From NCBI GenBank assembly GCA_963790205.1, contig CAWBNQ010000001.1:1131560-1195559 (forward strand): a stretch of DNA of 64,000 nucleotides, written 5' to 3'. The position numbers and the translations under genes were made by a program. The DNA comes from Nitrospirota bacterium (GTDB taxonomy: Bacteria > Nitrospirota > UBA9217). Each line of letters starts with the position of its first letter. The stretch's first letter is position 1. This document shows positions 38,452 to 49,335 of the stretch, in pieces. The notes under the pieces are model-generated. The model was not told where the DNA came from, did not search any database, and saw nothing but the letters and a program-made list of their open reading frames with translations.

Positions 38452-39291
38452 GTGATCGAGACCACCAACCTCACCAAATACTTCGGATCCCTCGGCGCCG
38501 TCCAGTCCGTCAGCTTCACCGTCGGCAAGGGAGAGGTCTTCGGGCTTCTCGGCCCGAACGGCGCGGGCAAGACAACGACGATCCGCATGCTGACCACGCT
38601 GCTGTCGCCGACGTCCGGCAGTGCGCGTGTTGCGGGACACGACGTGCTTTCGGACCAGCTCGGGGTCAAACGCTCGATCGGCGTGGTGCCGCAGATGCTG
38701 AACCTTGACATCGACCTCACCTGCGCCGAAAATCTCGAATACCACGGCAGGCTCCACAAGATGACGCCGCCGGACAGGAAAGCGAGGATCGAGGAACTTC
38801 TCCGGTTCGCCGGCCTGTGGGAAAAAAAAGACACGCCCGTGGAGCATCTCTCGGGCGGCATGCGCCGCAGGCTTCTGATCGCCCGGGGCTTGATGCATCG
38901 TCCTGCTGTTGTTTTCATGGACGAACCCACCGTCGGCCTGGATCCGCAGGCGCGGCGGCTTATCTGGGGCCTGATCGGGGAACTCAAACGGAGCGGGATC
39001 ACCATCCTGCTCACGACGCATTACATTGAAGAGGCCGACGCGCTTTGCGACCGCGTGGCGATCATGCGGCAGGGCCAGATCATAGCTCTCGATACGCCGG
39101 CAGCGCTCAAGGCAGGCGTGGGAAAATTTTCGCTTGAATGCATCGGTAACCGCGATGTCCCGCGGAAGTTCTTCCAGACGCGGGAAGAAGCGATCGACGC
39201 GGGCCGCGCTACCGGCTGCGACCTGCTGGTCCGCGAGTCGACGCTCGAGGATGCGTTCATCAGTCTGACCGGAGAAAGAATAGAAACATAA
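38452..39291 (+). CDS. ABC-2 exporter ATP-binding subunit
   Basis: GPNGAGKTT, LSGGM, MDEPT, TTHY. Confidence 0.93.
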   Translation: MIETTNLTKYFGSLGAVQSVSFTVGKGEVFGLLGPNGAGKTTTIRMLTTLLSPTSGSARVAGHDVLSDQLGVKRSIGVVPQMLNLDIDLTCAENLEYHGRLHKMTPPDRKARIEELLRFAGLWEKKDTPVEHLSGGMRRRLLIARGLMHRPAVVFMDEPTVGLDPQARRLIWGLIGELKRSGITILLTTHYIEEADALCDRVAIMRQGQIIALDTPAALKAGVGKFSLECIGNRDVPRKFFQTREEAIDAGRATGCDLLVRESTLEDAFISLTGERIET

Positions 39292-39377
39292 GTTATAGGT
39301 TGAGGATGAGGTTAAGGTTTAGCGAAGACCTTAGAAATCCTCCCTCCTCAGCCTGAAACCTTAGCCTAAGGTCCTTT

Positions 39378-40106
39378 ATGAATTTTTATCCGATCATTTG
39401 GAAAGAGATGCTGCTTATCCGCAAGAAGCCCTGGCGGTTCCTCGCGTCGAGCCTGGTCATGCCGGTCCTCTATCTCGTGACCTTCGGCTGGGGGCTGGGC
39501 CGCGGGATGAACGTGAGCGGCGGAAGGTATCTGGAATTCGTCCTGCCCGGCATCCTCGCGCTCTCGGCCATGAACAACAGCTTCGGCCCTGTTTCGACGT
39601 CGCTCAATATCAGCAAGCTCTATACCAAGACGCTGGAGGAGGTGCTTGTCTCGCCCGTGAGCCCCTGGGACATCACGCTGGGCAGGACCCTCACGGGGCT
39701 TGCGCGGGGAATGTTCTCGGCGCTCATGCTGATGCTGGTCGGGCTCGCGTCGGGAGTGCATTTGCATTATTCTCCGGGCTTCTTTATCGTACTCGCGCTC
39801 ACCGCGGCCTGCTTCGGAGCCGCAGGCGTGGCCGCGGCCATGCTCGCCCGTACGCACGAGGACATGGCGAATTTCAACAGCTTCTTCATCATTCCCATGT
39901 CGTTTCTGGCGGGGACGTTCTTTTCGCCTGACCGCCTCCCGGAGCCGTTCATGAGCCTCGTCCTGGCCTATCCGCTCACGCACGCGAGCCTGCTCTTGCG
40001 GGCGCTTGCTTCCGGCGGCAATCCGTCCACGGGCTCTATGCTCGTGCTCGCGGCGTATACGGTCGTATTTTTTTACCTCGCGGGAAGACTGGTGAGGAGG
40101 TCTTAG
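39378..40106 (+). CDS. ABC-2 type permease
   Basis: Six TM helices; YLEFVLPGI, PMSFLAGTFF..LP. Confidence 0.9.
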   Translation: MNFYPIIWKEMLLIRKKPWRFLASSLVMPVLYLVTFGWGLGRGMNVSGGRYLEFVLPGILALSAMNNSFGPVSTSLNISKLYTKTLEEVLVSPVSPWDITLGRTLTGLARGMFSALMLMLVGLASGVHLHYSPGFFIVLALTAACFGAAGVAAAMLARTHEDMANFNSFFIIPMSFLAGTFFSPDRLPEPFMSLVLAYPLTHASLLLRALASGGNPSTGSMLVLAAYTVVFFYLAGRLVRRS

Positions 40107-40190
40107 GTTCAGGCTTAGGTTCAGGCTTAGGTTAAGGTTGAGGTTCAGGCTTCTCTCAACCTTTCCCTTGACCTCAAACTTTTTAAACTC

Positions 40191-40745
40191 ATGGCATCTG
40201 CATTCACTCATATATTTTTCGGAGAAGCCCTCGGCAAGATCTACACCGAAGAGAGGATGCCTGCGAAGTTCTGGGTCCTGGCAGGGGCATGCTCCGTCGT
40301 TCCCGATCTCGATATCATCGCTTTCTATCTGCGGGTCCCCTACAGCCATGTGTTCGGACATCGGGGATTTACACACTCCCTCCTGTTTGCGGCGATCGCG
40401 GGAATGCTGACGGCCCTCCTTGCATTCCGCGATGTGCCCCGCTGGTCCGGGAAGTGGTGGAGGCTCACGCTCTTCTTTTTCCTTGTCACCGCGTCCCACG
40501 GCATTCTCGACGCCATGACGAACGGCGGGTACGGCATCGGGTTCTTCATCCCCTTTGACACCACGCGCTACTTTCTGCCTTGGCGGCCGCTCGTGGTCTC
40601 GCCCATCGGCGTCCACGGCTTCTTCAGCCGGTGGGGCTGGGACGTGATGAAGAGCGAGTTCATCTGGGTCTGGCTGCCGATGACCGCGCTTTCTGCCTGG
40701 GTGATCGTTTTCCGGAAAAAGAAGAAAAACAATCTCTCTTCCTGA
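40191..40745 (+). CDS. YdjM-like inner-membrane metal-dependent hydrolase
   Basis: FTH, PDLD, HRGFTHS, SHGILDAMT. Confidence 0.9.
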   Translation: MASAFTHIFFGEALGKIYTEERMPAKFWVLAGACSVVPDLDIIAFYLRVPYSHVFGHRGFTHSLLFAAIAGMLTALLAFRDVPRWSGKWWRLTLFFFLVTASHGILDAMTNGGYGIGFFIPFDTTRYFLPWRPLVVSPIGVHGFFSRWGWDVMKSEFIWVWLPMTALSAWVIVFRKKKKNNLSS

Positions 40746-40893
40746 CCGCCTTCTCTCTGCACCCGCATTTGTCGTGATCACCCTGCATGAAAGCCCTCTT
40801 TTCCTGTTTTCGATTGACTTTTCGCGGCCAGGGGGCTAATATTTCAGTCTGTATTCCCGTCAAACCATCAGGAAACTCAAGGGTTCCGGACCA

Positions 40894-43089
40894 ATGCCCA
40901 AAGTACAATTCATCTTTGCGATCCATAATCACCAGCCGGTCGGGAATTTCGATTTTGTCGCGGAAGAAGCGTACCAGAAATCCTACCTTCCGTTCGTCAA
41001 GCTTCTGGAGAAGCATTCGAAGATCAAGATCACGCTGCACTACACGGGTATTCTCTACCATTTTTTCGAGCGGCACCATCCTGATTTCATCGATATGCTC
41101 AAGAGGCTGGTGGCCGAAGGCAGGGCGGAGATCCTGTCCGGCGGGTTCTATGAGCCGATCCTCGCGGTGCTGCCCGATGACGACAAGGTCGGCCAGATCA
41201 GGATGCTTACGGACTACGTCCGCCGGACGCTGGGCTACGATGCCGGGGGCATGTGGCTCGCGGAGCGGGTCTGGGAGCCGCACCTGCCGAAGTCCATTGT
41301 CGCGGCGGGCATCAACCACGTGGTGGTCGATGACTTTCACTTCAAGATGGCCGGGCTCCGCGACGACGAGCTCGACGGTTACTACCTCACCGAGGAGCAG
41401 GACGGTGTCCTCCGCATCTTTCCCGGGAGCGAGCGGCTCCGGTATCTGATCCCCTTCCGCCGGCCTGAGGAAACGGTCGAGCTTCTCGCCTCCCTGCGGT
41501 CGACGGAGCGGAACAGGCTCGCGGTCATGGCCGATGACGGAGAAAAGTTCGGTGTCTGGCCCGAGACGTATCGCACCGTGTATGAAGAAGGGTGGCTCGA
41601 CCGGTTCTTTACGCTGATCGAACAGAACCACGAGTGGCTCGAGACCACGACCTTTTCCGAATATCTGAAAAAAGAGCCGCCCCGCGGCAGGGTCTACCTT
41701 CCCACGGCGTCCTATATGGAGATGGGCGAATGGTCTCTTCCGACGCGGGCCATGAAGGAATACGACGAGGCCCTGGCAAAGGTGAAGAATTCGCCTGAGT
41801 TCGACGGTCTGCGGCCGTTCATCAAGGGCGGGTTCTGGAGAAACTTTCTCGCGAAGTATTCCGAGAGCAACCACATGCACAAGCGGATGGTGATGGTAAG
41901 CCGCAAGGTCCGCGAGGCCCTGGACGCTCCTGAAGGCCCGGGCGCCGGAAAGACCGTGCCGACGTCGCGTATGGTCGACCACCTCTATCAATCACAGTGC
42001 AACGACTCCTACTGGCATGGGGTCTTCGGGGGGCTCTATCTTCCGCACCTTCGCTCTGCGGTGTACGAGCACCTGATCCAGGCGGAGTACCTGGCGGATA
42101 CGATACTGAACCGACGAGGGACGAGGGACGAAGGACGAGGAAAAAAAAAGAATAATAATTCGGCATCCTGGCTGGAAATTGAAACGGGCGATTTTGACTG
42201 TGACGGAAGCGAAGAAGTGATGCTCAACTCCGAGCTCCTGAACATATTCATCGATCCGGCGGAGGGCGGCAGGATCTCCGAACTCGACTGGAAGCCCCGT
42301 TCGTTCAACCTTACGAACACGCTTACGCGCAGACGCGAAGTCTATCACGAAAAAATTCTTCAGATGGTCAAGGACCAGTCGGCCGTTTTCACGGAAGGCG
42401 GGGCGAAGACGATTCACGAACGGGTGGCGGTGAAGGAGGATGGTCTGCAGTATCACCTCCTCTACGACTGGTACACGCGCGGATCGCTGCTCGACCATTT
42501 CCTGGGATCGGGCGTGGACCTGGCGAGCTTTATGCGGTCCGAATACTATGAGGCGGGAGATTTCGTCCTCGGCGCTTACGGCGTGAAGAAAAACAGGGCG
42601 AACGGGCGGGCGGGCGTTATCCTTGAGCGCAGTGGAAACGTGGCCGGGCTCGGCGTGAAGCTGCAGAAGGAGCTGTCCCTGCGCAGCGCTCTGCCCGGTT
42701 TTACGGTCAAGTATGCGATCACGAACCTGAGCGCTGAAGAGCTGAACACCTCCTTCGGACCCGAGTTCAATTTTTCGCTCCTTGCGGGCGATGCTCATGA
42801 CCGGTACTACGACATCCCCGGCCATGTTCTGGACAGGAGAAACCTTGCGTCGATCGGTGAGACGAACAACGTGAACCAGGTGGGCCTCGTCGACGAGTGG
42901 CTCAAACTCAGGCTCTCTCTCGTCTTCAGCCAGCCCGCGGTGCTCTGGCGCGCGCCGGTCGAAACGGTCTCCCAGTCCGAAGCGGGCTTCGAGCGGGTGT
43001 ATCAGAGCTCGATGGTGATGCCGATCTGGCGCATTTCGCTCGGGCCGGGAGCGTCCTGGCAAGCCGAGATCACGGTGAAGGTCGAATAG
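40894..43089 (+). CDS. GH57 alpha-amylase/4-alpha-glucanotransferase
   Basis: HNHQPVGN, YEPIL, WLAERVWEP, DDGEKFG, QCNDSYWHGVFGGLY. Confidence 0.93.
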   Translation: MPKVQFIFAIHNHQPVGNFDFVAEEAYQKSYLPFVKLLEKHSKIKITLHYTGILYHFFERHHPDFIDMLKRLVAEGRAEILSGGFYEPILAVLPDDDKVGQIRMLTDYVRRTLGYDAGGMWLAERVWEPHLPKSIVAAGINHVVVDDFHFKMAGLRDDELDGYYLTEEQDGVLRIFPGSERLRYLIPFRRPEETVELLASLRSTERNRLAVMADDGEKFGVWPETYRTVYEEGWLDRFFTLIEQNHEWLETTTFSEYLKKEPPRGRVYLPTASYMEMGEWSLPTRAMKEYDEALAKVKNSPEFDGLRPFIKGGFWRNFLAKYSESNHMHKRMVMVSRKVREALDAPEGPGAGKTVPTSRMVDHLYQSQCNDSYWHGVFGGLYLPHLRSAVYEHLIQAEYLADTILNRRGTRDEGRGKKKNNNSASWLEIETGDFDCDGSEEVMLNSELLNIFIDPAEGGRISELDWKPRSFNLTNTLTRRREVYHEKILQMVKDQSAVFTEGGAKTIHERVAVKEDGLQYHLLYDWYTRGSLLDHFLGSGVDLASFMRSEYYEAGDFVLGAYGVKKNRANGRAGVILERSGNVAGLGVKLQKELSLRSALPGFTVKYAITNLSAEELNTSFGPEFNFSLLAGDAHDRYYDIPGHVLDRRNLASIGETNNVNQVGLVDEWLKLRLSLVFSQPAVLWRAPVETVSQSEAGFERVYQSSMVMPIWRISLGPGASWQAEITVKVE

Positions 43090-43139
43090 ATATTGAAAAT
43101 TGTTGGATGCTTGCAGAGAGAAAAGGGGTCAACGAATAC

Positions 43140-44912
43140 ATGAAAAAAACAATCGCGATGTTCCTGCTGGTATTGTCATTCGGCGCTTCCGCCGTTTCCG
43201 CTGAAAAGCCGCTGGGTATCGACGAGTTCAATTCCGTCGACGAACTCGCGGGCGCCATTGCAGCGTACTTTCCCAAGGTACAGGGGGTGGTAACGGCCAT
43301 ACAGAATGACAAGCTCACGCTTACCCTCAGCAATAAGGATGGACTGACACCCGGGATGGAACTCACGCTCTGGAGGGACGGCAAGGAAATCCTCCACCCC
43401 GTTACCGGCGCGGTGATCGGCCACATGGAGGACGAGGTGGGCTCGGTCGAAGTGGTCTCCGTCAACGACACGTCATCCACGGCCGTTGTGAGGAAAAAAC
43501 TGCGGGAACCGAAGCCGGGCGACAAGGCGAGGATCACGCCGAAGAAGATCAACCTGGCGATCGTTCCGCTGACAGCGGCGCGCCCGGAGGTCGTGCAGGG
43601 ACTGTCCGATCGGCTGACCGACTACGGCCGTTTCACGGTGCTCGACAAGGAAAAGGTCGCCGGGTTCCTCAAAGACAGGAAACAGCGCGACACCTCGCTG
43701 ATCAGGGAGATGGGCCGGCAATTTAACCTCGACGCCGTCGCGACGCTCGGCATTTATCCTACCGAGGGCAAGGTTCTGGTGGTGGCCAGGATTTTTTACG
43801 CCGCGGACGCCAGCCCGCTCGATACGATCATTGCCACGATCGAGCTGAAATCCAAAAAAGACACGCTCGGCGAGATCAAGCCGTTCTTCATGCCGGCGAA
43901 GGAAGAAAAGAGCATCACGCCGGAGCTTCCCTTCGACGCCCGGTATTTTACGGCGGCTGATTTCGAGGGGGACGGCAGGCTCGAGTACGCCTTTTCCGAC
44001 GGGTCGAAACTGCATGTGTACCGCCACGAGCCCGCCGGATGGCGCGAGGTTTGGACAGAGACCGTTCCGTCCGCATCAGAAGGCATACAACACATCAATA
44101 TCGACTCAGCGGACATCAACGGTAACGGCAAACCGGAGATTTTTGTGACCGCCATGCTGAACGGGAGCGTGTTTTCCTATGTTGTCGAGTTTCAGGACGG
44201 CTCATTTCGCCGCATTGCCGACGTCCCGGGGTTCCTCAGGGTCGTCAGCTATCCCGGCAAAAATCCGATGCTTCTGGGCCAGGCCTACGATCCGAAAACG
44301 TTCTATACCGGCCAGCCCCGGCTCTATTCATGGCAGGACGGGAAATACGTCCCCGGTGCCGAATTCCCCCTTCCCAAGGGAGTGGTACTGTACGGGTTTA
44401 CCTTTGCCTCGCTCGGGGAAGAGCGGCCGCTCCTCGTTGCATTCGATGATGATGACTACCTTCTCGTCTATTCAAAAGACGCTGTCATCTGGAAAAGCGG
44501 GGAAAAGTACGCGGCTGCGGTCACCTCTGTTTACAAGCCCCCGACCGGCATAGGCGCCGTCCTGTCCAAGGATGCGATCCAGGGAGACAAGTCCCTGCGG
44601 GTGCGGATACCGGGCAGGGTCGTTGCTGCCGACATCAACGGCGACGGCAGGGACGAGATCATCGTCCCGAAGAACATCGGGGACACGTTCCTGGGCATCG
44701 GCGCAATCAAAGAGGCAGAGGTGGTAAGCCTGAACTGGACCGGGGCGCGGCTCGAGCAGCGTTGGAACATCAAAGACATTCCCGGCGCCGTGCTCGACTT
44801 TCAACTCCTGCGGACGGACAAGGGCGGGACACAGATTCTCACCCTCGTGCGGACCAAGGGCAGTCTCTTCACCAAGGACCGGCAGCAGGTGATGAGCTAT
44901 TCAATGCGGTAA
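43140..44912 (+). CDS. Exported FG-GAP/VCBS-repeat protein
   Basis: Signal peptide; ADFEGDG, ADINGNGKPEI, ADINGDGRDEI repeats. Confidence 0.8.
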   Translation: MKKTIAMFLLVLSFGASAVSAEKPLGIDEFNSVDELAGAIAAYFPKVQGVVTAIQNDKLTLTLSNKDGLTPGMELTLWRDGKEILHPVTGAVIGHMEDEVGSVEVVSVNDTSSTAVVRKKLREPKPGDKARITPKKINLAIVPLTAARPEVVQGLSDRLTDYGRFTVLDKEKVAGFLKDRKQRDTSLIREMGRQFNLDAVATLGIYPTEGKVLVVARIFYAADASPLDTIIATIELKSKKDTLGEIKPFFMPAKEEKSITPELPFDARYFTAADFEGDGRLEYAFSDGSKLHVYRHEPAGWREVWTETVPSASEGIQHINIDSADINGNGKPEIFVTAMLNGSVFSYVVEFQDGSFRRIADVPGFLRVVSYPGKNPMLLGQAYDPKTFYTGQPRLYSWQDGKYVPGAEFPLPKGVVLYGFTFASLGEERPLLVAFDDDDYLLVYSKDAVIWKSGEKYAAAVTSVYKPPTGIGAVLSKDAIQGDKSLRVRIPGRVVAADINGDGRDEIIVPKNIGDTFLGIGAIKEAEVVSLNWTGARLEQRWNIKDIPGAVLDFQLLRTDKGGTQILTLVRTKGSLFTKDRQQVMSYSMR

Positions 44913-45060
44913 GAGCGGCGCTGCTTCATGCCGTGAACAAAAAACCGCCCAGACCGTCGGGGGCGGCGTAAACCGTTCTGCAGAGGGCGCTTTGACTCCG
45001 GCGTTTCTTGTCCCTGCCCGGCCTCCTGTGCGTTGTTACGAAGTGGAGAAACGAAAGAGC

Positions 45061-45831
45061 ATGAAGAGTAAAAATACGACTGTTGAAGAACTCCGCGCGA
45101 GCGTTGAGAGGAACAATATCCCGAAACACGTCGCCATCATCATGGACGGCAACGGAAGGTGGGCGCTCCGGAGGGGATTGCCTCGGATCGCCGGACACAA
45201 GAGGGGCGCAGACACCGCACGGCGCGTGACGGAGCACTGCAGAAAGCTCGGTGTCCCGGTGTTGACCCTTTACGCTTTCTCCGACGAAAACTGGGGCAGG
45301 CCGAAGGAAGAAGTGGGCTTCCTCATGGACATGCTGGGGTCCTTCCTGAAGGCCGAGATCGCGGCGATGAAAGCGAATGGCATCAGGTTCCGCACGATCG
45401 GCAGGATCGAGCGTTTCCCCTCGTCGGTGCGAAGGTGGATCGAAAAAGCGGTGTCCGAGACCGCGGACAATGGGGGGCTGGTCCTGAACCTCGCGCTTTC
45501 CTACGGGGGCAGGGGAGAAATCCTGGAAGCGATCAAACGCATGAACCTGGCGAAGGGAGCCGCGGACAAGCTTACCGAAGAGGTCTTTTCGTCGTATCTC
45601 GATACTGCGGACCTGCCGGACCCCGACCTGATCATCCGTACGAGCGGCGAAAAACGCATCAGCAACTTCCTCCTCTGGCAGGCCGCGTATGCCGAGCTCT
45701 ATTTCACCGATACCCTCTGGCCGGACTTTGAAGAAAAGGACCTCCTCGCCGCCATCCTCGATTACCAGGGGCGTCATCGCCGTTTCGGCCTGACGCAGGA
45801 GCAGCTCGCCCATACGAACGGACGGCGATAG
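45061..45831 (+). CDS. uppS: Undecaprenyl diphosphate synthase
   Basis: HVAIIMDGNGRWA, YAFSDENW, PDLIIRTSGE.RISNFLLWQ. Confidence 0.97.
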   Translation: MKSKNTTVEELRASVERNNIPKHVAIIMDGNGRWALRRGLPRIAGHKRGADTARRVTEHCRKLGVPVLTLYAFSDENWGRPKEEVGFLMDMLGSFLKAEIAAMKANGIRFRTIGRIERFPSSVRRWIEKAVSETADNGGLVLNLALSYGGRGEILEAIKRMNLAKGAADKLTEEVFSSYLDTADLPDPDLIIRTSGEKRISNFLLWQAAYAELYFTDTLWPDFEEKDLLAAILDYQGRHRRFGLTQEQLAHTNGRR

Positions 45832-45862
45832 CCAGGGAACCAGGCCATTATTGCCATTACTT

Positions 45863-46672
45863 ATGAAGAACAACCTTTACATACGGATCATTACAGGACT
45901 CCTGTTCCTCCCCATTTTTTATTTCGTCGCGTGGAAGCTCCCGATGGCCTATTTCACGGCGCTGGTGATGGCAGCCGCAGCCGTCGGACAGTACGAGTTC
46001 TACCGCATGGCGTACATGCGGGGTTTTCATCCGAACAAGGCGCTCGGCATGGTGCTTGGCGCGCTGGTTGTCATGGAGTTCTATCACCGGCTGGCGTCTG
46101 GCCCGGGCCCGGTCCTTTCGATCACCGCATCCACGATCCTGGTCCTGATCGCACGGCTGTTATCTTCCCGCCCCGTCGATGGCGCGATCGAGGACATCTC
46201 ATCGACGTTGTCGGGGATATTCTACGTGGCCTTGCTGTTTGCCTTCCAGGTATCGATCCGCGCCGGGATGCACGGCAGGCAGTGGCTCGTATTCCTCTAC
46301 TTTGTAATTTGGGCATCGGACATCGGCGCTTACTCCATCGGCATCCCTTTCGGCAAGCACCGGCTGTACGAGAAAATAAGCCCGAAGAAGAGCATTGAAG
46401 GGCTTATCGGCGCCCTGGCCGCGGCCGCGGGCATGGCGCTTCTCTGCAGGAGCTGGTTCATGCCTCCGGTCAGTACGGGGGAGGCGATTGCGCTGGGGCT
46501 TGTATTGGCCTCTGTCGGCACGCTCGGCGACCTTGCGGAGTCGCTCTTCAAACGCGCGGCCGGAGTCAAGGATTCGGGCGGCATTATCCCCGGCCACGGC
46601 GGGATCCTCGACCGCATGGACAGCATGCTGTTTGCCGCGCCGGTTTTGTACTTCTATCTCGGGATAAGATAA
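45863..46672 (+). CDS. cdsA: Phosphatidate cytidylyltransferase
   Basis: ISPKKSIEG, GDLAESLFKR..KDSG..IPGHGGILDR.D. Confidence 0.96.
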   Translation: MKNNLYIRIITGLLFLPIFYFVAWKLPMAYFTALVMAAAAVGQYEFYRMAYMRGFHPNKALGMVLGALVVMEFYHRLASGPGPVLSITASTILVLIARLLSSRPVDGAIEDISSTLSGIFYVALLFAFQVSIRAGMHGRQWLVFLYFVIWASDIGAYSIGIPFGKHRLYEKISPKKSIEGLIGALAAAAGMALLCRSWFMPPVSTGEAIALGLVLASVGTLGDLAESLFKRAAGVKDSGGIIPGHGGILDRMDSMLFAAPVLYFYLGIR

Positions 46673-46714
46673 CCCGATGCGGAATTCTGGATTCGGAGTG
46701 CGGAGTTATCAGGA

Positions 46715-47881
46715 TTGAAGAACATTTCCATACTGGGATCTACAGGCTCGATCGGGCAATCGACGCTTTCCGTGGTCGAGATGTTTCCCGACCGCTTCAA
46801 GGTCGTAGCGCTTGCAGCGGGGAATAACGTCGACATCCTTGAAAGACAGGTACGGCAGTTCAGGCCCGCGATGGTCTCCGTTGTGAGCCCCCTTGCCGCC
46901 GAGAACCTCAAAAAACGCTGCGCCGACGTGAACCTCCGCGTCCTCTCCGGCGTTGAAGGCATGATCCAGGTGGCGGCGGCGGAAGAAGCCCAGATAACCG
47001 TCTCCGCCATTGTCGGGACCGCCGGGCTCGTGCCGACCCTGGCCGCGATCCGCGCGGGGAAGACGATAGCGCTTGCAAATAAGGAAGTCCTGGTGACCGC
47101 CGGCGAGCTCGTCATGGCCGAATGCAAGAGCCGGGGGGTCAAGCTCCTCCCGGTGGACAGCGAGCACAGTGCAATATTTCAGTGTTTGAGCGCAGGTGCG
47201 AACAAGGACATCCGCAAGCTGATCCTGACGGCCTCGGGTGGACCGTTCCGGAGCTTTTCAAAAAAGGACCTCGCAAAAGCGACCCTGGCGCAGGCGCTCA
47301 AGCATCCGAACTGGAGCATGGGCAGGAAGATAACCATCGATTCCGCCACGCTTGTGAACAAGGGACTCGAGGTGATCGAAGCCCGGTGGCTTTTCGACAT
47401 GAAACCGGAAATGATCAAGGTGCTCGTGCACCCGCAGAGCATCGTCCATTCCATGGTGGAATATGCCGATGGCGCGGTCATGGCGCAGCTCGGCATGCCC
47501 GACATGAAAGGGCCGATCGCCTATGCGCTCTCGTATCCCGAGCGGCTCGACAAGGTTTCGCCGGCGCTCGACCTCGCCGCCGTGGGCACGCTCACTTTTG
47601 AGGAACCCGACCTGGAGCGGTTCCCCTGTCTGTCCTATGCCTTTCACGCGCTCGGGGCGGGGGGCAGCATGCCGGCGGCGCTGTCGGCGGCAAACGAAGT
47701 GGCGGTTAAATATTTTCTGGACGGAAAGATCGACTATACGGACATCGCCCGGGTGATCAAAGCAACGATGGACGCCCATACGCCGTCGCCGATCAGGACC
47801 GTTGAGGATGCGCTCAAGGCGGACCTCTGGGCGCGGCAGGAAGCGGAGAGAGTGATTGCGGAAGTGGTGAGTGGAAAGTAA
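46715..47881 (+). CDS. dxr: 1-deoxy-D-xylulose-5-phosphate reductoisomerase
   Basis: LGSTGSIG, LANKE, PVDSEH, HPNWSMG; TTG start. Confidence 0.97.
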   Translation: MKNISILGSTGSIGQSTLSVVEMFPDRFKVVALAAGNNVDILERQVRQFRPAMVSVVSPLAAENLKKRCADVNLRVLSGVEGMIQVAAAEEAQITVSAIVGTAGLVPTLAAIRAGKTIALANKEVLVTAGELVMAECKSRGVKLLPVDSEHSAIFQCLSAGANKDIRKLILTASGGPFRSFSKKDLAKATLAQALKHPNWSMGRKITIDSATLVNKGLEVIEARWLFDMKPEMIKVLVHPQSIVHSMVEYADGAVMAQLGMPDMKGPIAYALSYPERLDKVSPALDLAAVGTLTFEEPDLERFPCLSYAFHALGAGGSMPAALSAANEVAVKYFLDGKIDYTDIARVIKATMDAHTPSPIRTVEDALKADLWARQEAERVIAEVVSGK

Positions 47882-47956
47882 GAAGTACGAAGTAATGAAG
47901 TACGAAATAGCTGTTACTGTCCAGTTTTTACATTTTACGATTCTGAAGGAGTCAAC

Positions 47957-49240
47957 ATGACGTTAATTTATTTTCTCATCGTGATCGGCATCCTCGTATT
48001 CGTGCACGAGTTCGGTCACTTTATCATGGCAAAACGGGCAGGTGTGCGCATCGAGAAATTCTCGCTCGGCATGGGGCCGAAGCTCTTCGGCTACAAGAAA
48101 GGCGATACGGAGTACGTCATCTCGGCGCTCCCGCTCGGCGGCTACGTAAAGATGGCCGGTGAAAACCCCGATGAGGAGCCGACGGGCTCGCCGGACGAGT
48201 TCCAGTCGAAGACCGTGTGGCAGCGCGCAAAGATCGCTTTCACCGGGCCTCTCACGAACATTGTGCTCGCTTTTCTCGTGATGCCGATCGTTTTCATGGT
48301 CGGGACCTATACCATGGGGCCGGCGGTGGTGGGGTTCGTGGAAAAGGGGTCGCCGGCTGAACTGTCCGGTATCAGGGTCGGCGACGTCATTGAGAAGATC
48401 AACGGAAGAACCATCGTCGACTGGGAAAAGGCCGAGATGCTGATTGCCGTCAATCCCAACACGGACATCAAGGTCGTGATCGATCGAAACGGCGAAAAGA
48501 AGATACTGATTCTGCGGCCGAAGCTCGATCCCCAACACAATATCGGGACGTCCGGGCTGTACCCGGATATTCCCGTGGAAGTCGGCAAGCTGAAAGCGGG
48601 GTTCCCCGCAGAGAAGGCGGGTTTAAAGGTCAACGACAAAGTCCTGTCCGTGGACGGCCGGACGGTATATTACTGGAACCAGTTTTCCTCCCTCATAAAA
48701 GACAGCCGGGGGAAAAAGCTCGAGCTTATGGTTGAGCGCGACGGAAAGCGTTTGCCGATCTTCGTTGTCCCGGTCATGGACAACGGACGATACGTCATCG
48801 GCGTCGAGCCGGTCGTACGGATGATCTTCAAAAAGTACGGGTTTGTCGAGTCACTGGGCCTGGGGTTCGATAAGACCATCGAGTTTATCGATCTTACGTT
48901 TATCACGCTCAAGAAATTGCTGACGTTCAACCTTTCGATCAAGACGCTCGGCGGCCCGGTGCTGATCGCGCAGATGTCGGGTCAGGCGGCCTCAGCCGGG
49001 CTTTCGTCCTTTCTGTCGTTCCTGGCCATGATCAGCATCTCGCTCGGCATTCTGAACCTGATGCCCATTCCGGTCCTGGACGGGGGGCTTATTTTGTTCC
49101 TTATTATTGAGGCGATCAGGAAAAAGCCCTTGAAGCGTAAAACCATGGAAATAGCGCAGAGCATCGGCGCAGCGGCGCTGATCACGCTGATCGGGGTGGT
49201 GTCCTACAATGACGTTATGAGGATGTTCTTCAGTAAATGA
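47957..49240 (+). CDS. rseP: RIP metalloprotease RseP
   Basis: HEFGH, PLGGYV, two PDZ domains, NLMPIPVLDGG. Confidence 0.96.
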   Translation: MTLIYFLIVIGILVFVHEFGHFIMAKRAGVRIEKFSLGMGPKLFGYKKGDTEYVISALPLGGYVKMAGENPDEEPTGSPDEFQSKTVWQRAKIAFTGPLTNIVLAFLVMPIVFMVGTYTMGPAVVGFVEKGSPAELSGIRVGDVIEKINGRTIVDWEKAEMLIAVNPNTDIKVVIDRNGEKKILILRPKLDPQHNIGTSGLYPDIPVEVGKLKAGFPAEKAGLKVNDKVLSVDGRTVYYWNQFSSLIKDSRGKKLELMVERDGKRLPIFVVPVMDNGRYVIGVEPVVRMIFKKYGFVESLGLGFDKTIEFIDLTFITLKKLLTFNLSIKTLGGPVLIAQMSGQAASAGLSSFLSFLAMISISLGILNLMPIPVLDGGLILFLIIEAIRKKPLKRKTMEIAQSIGAAALITLIGVVSYNDVMRMFFSK

Positions 49241-49244
49241 TGTT

Positions 49245-49328
49245 TCCCCTCACCTCGGTCCTCTCCCCGGCGGGGAGGGGAGGCCGATTGCGCCCTCGCC
49301 CAAAGAGGAGAGGGAAGGGTGAGGGGGA
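49245..49328. repeat. Palindromic intergenic element CCCCTCACC...GGTGAGGGG with internal CTCTCCCC/GGGGAG hairpins
   Basis: Terminal inverted repeats and nested stems between rseP and ispG. Confidence 0.75.
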
Positions 49329-49335
49329 TTTCTCA

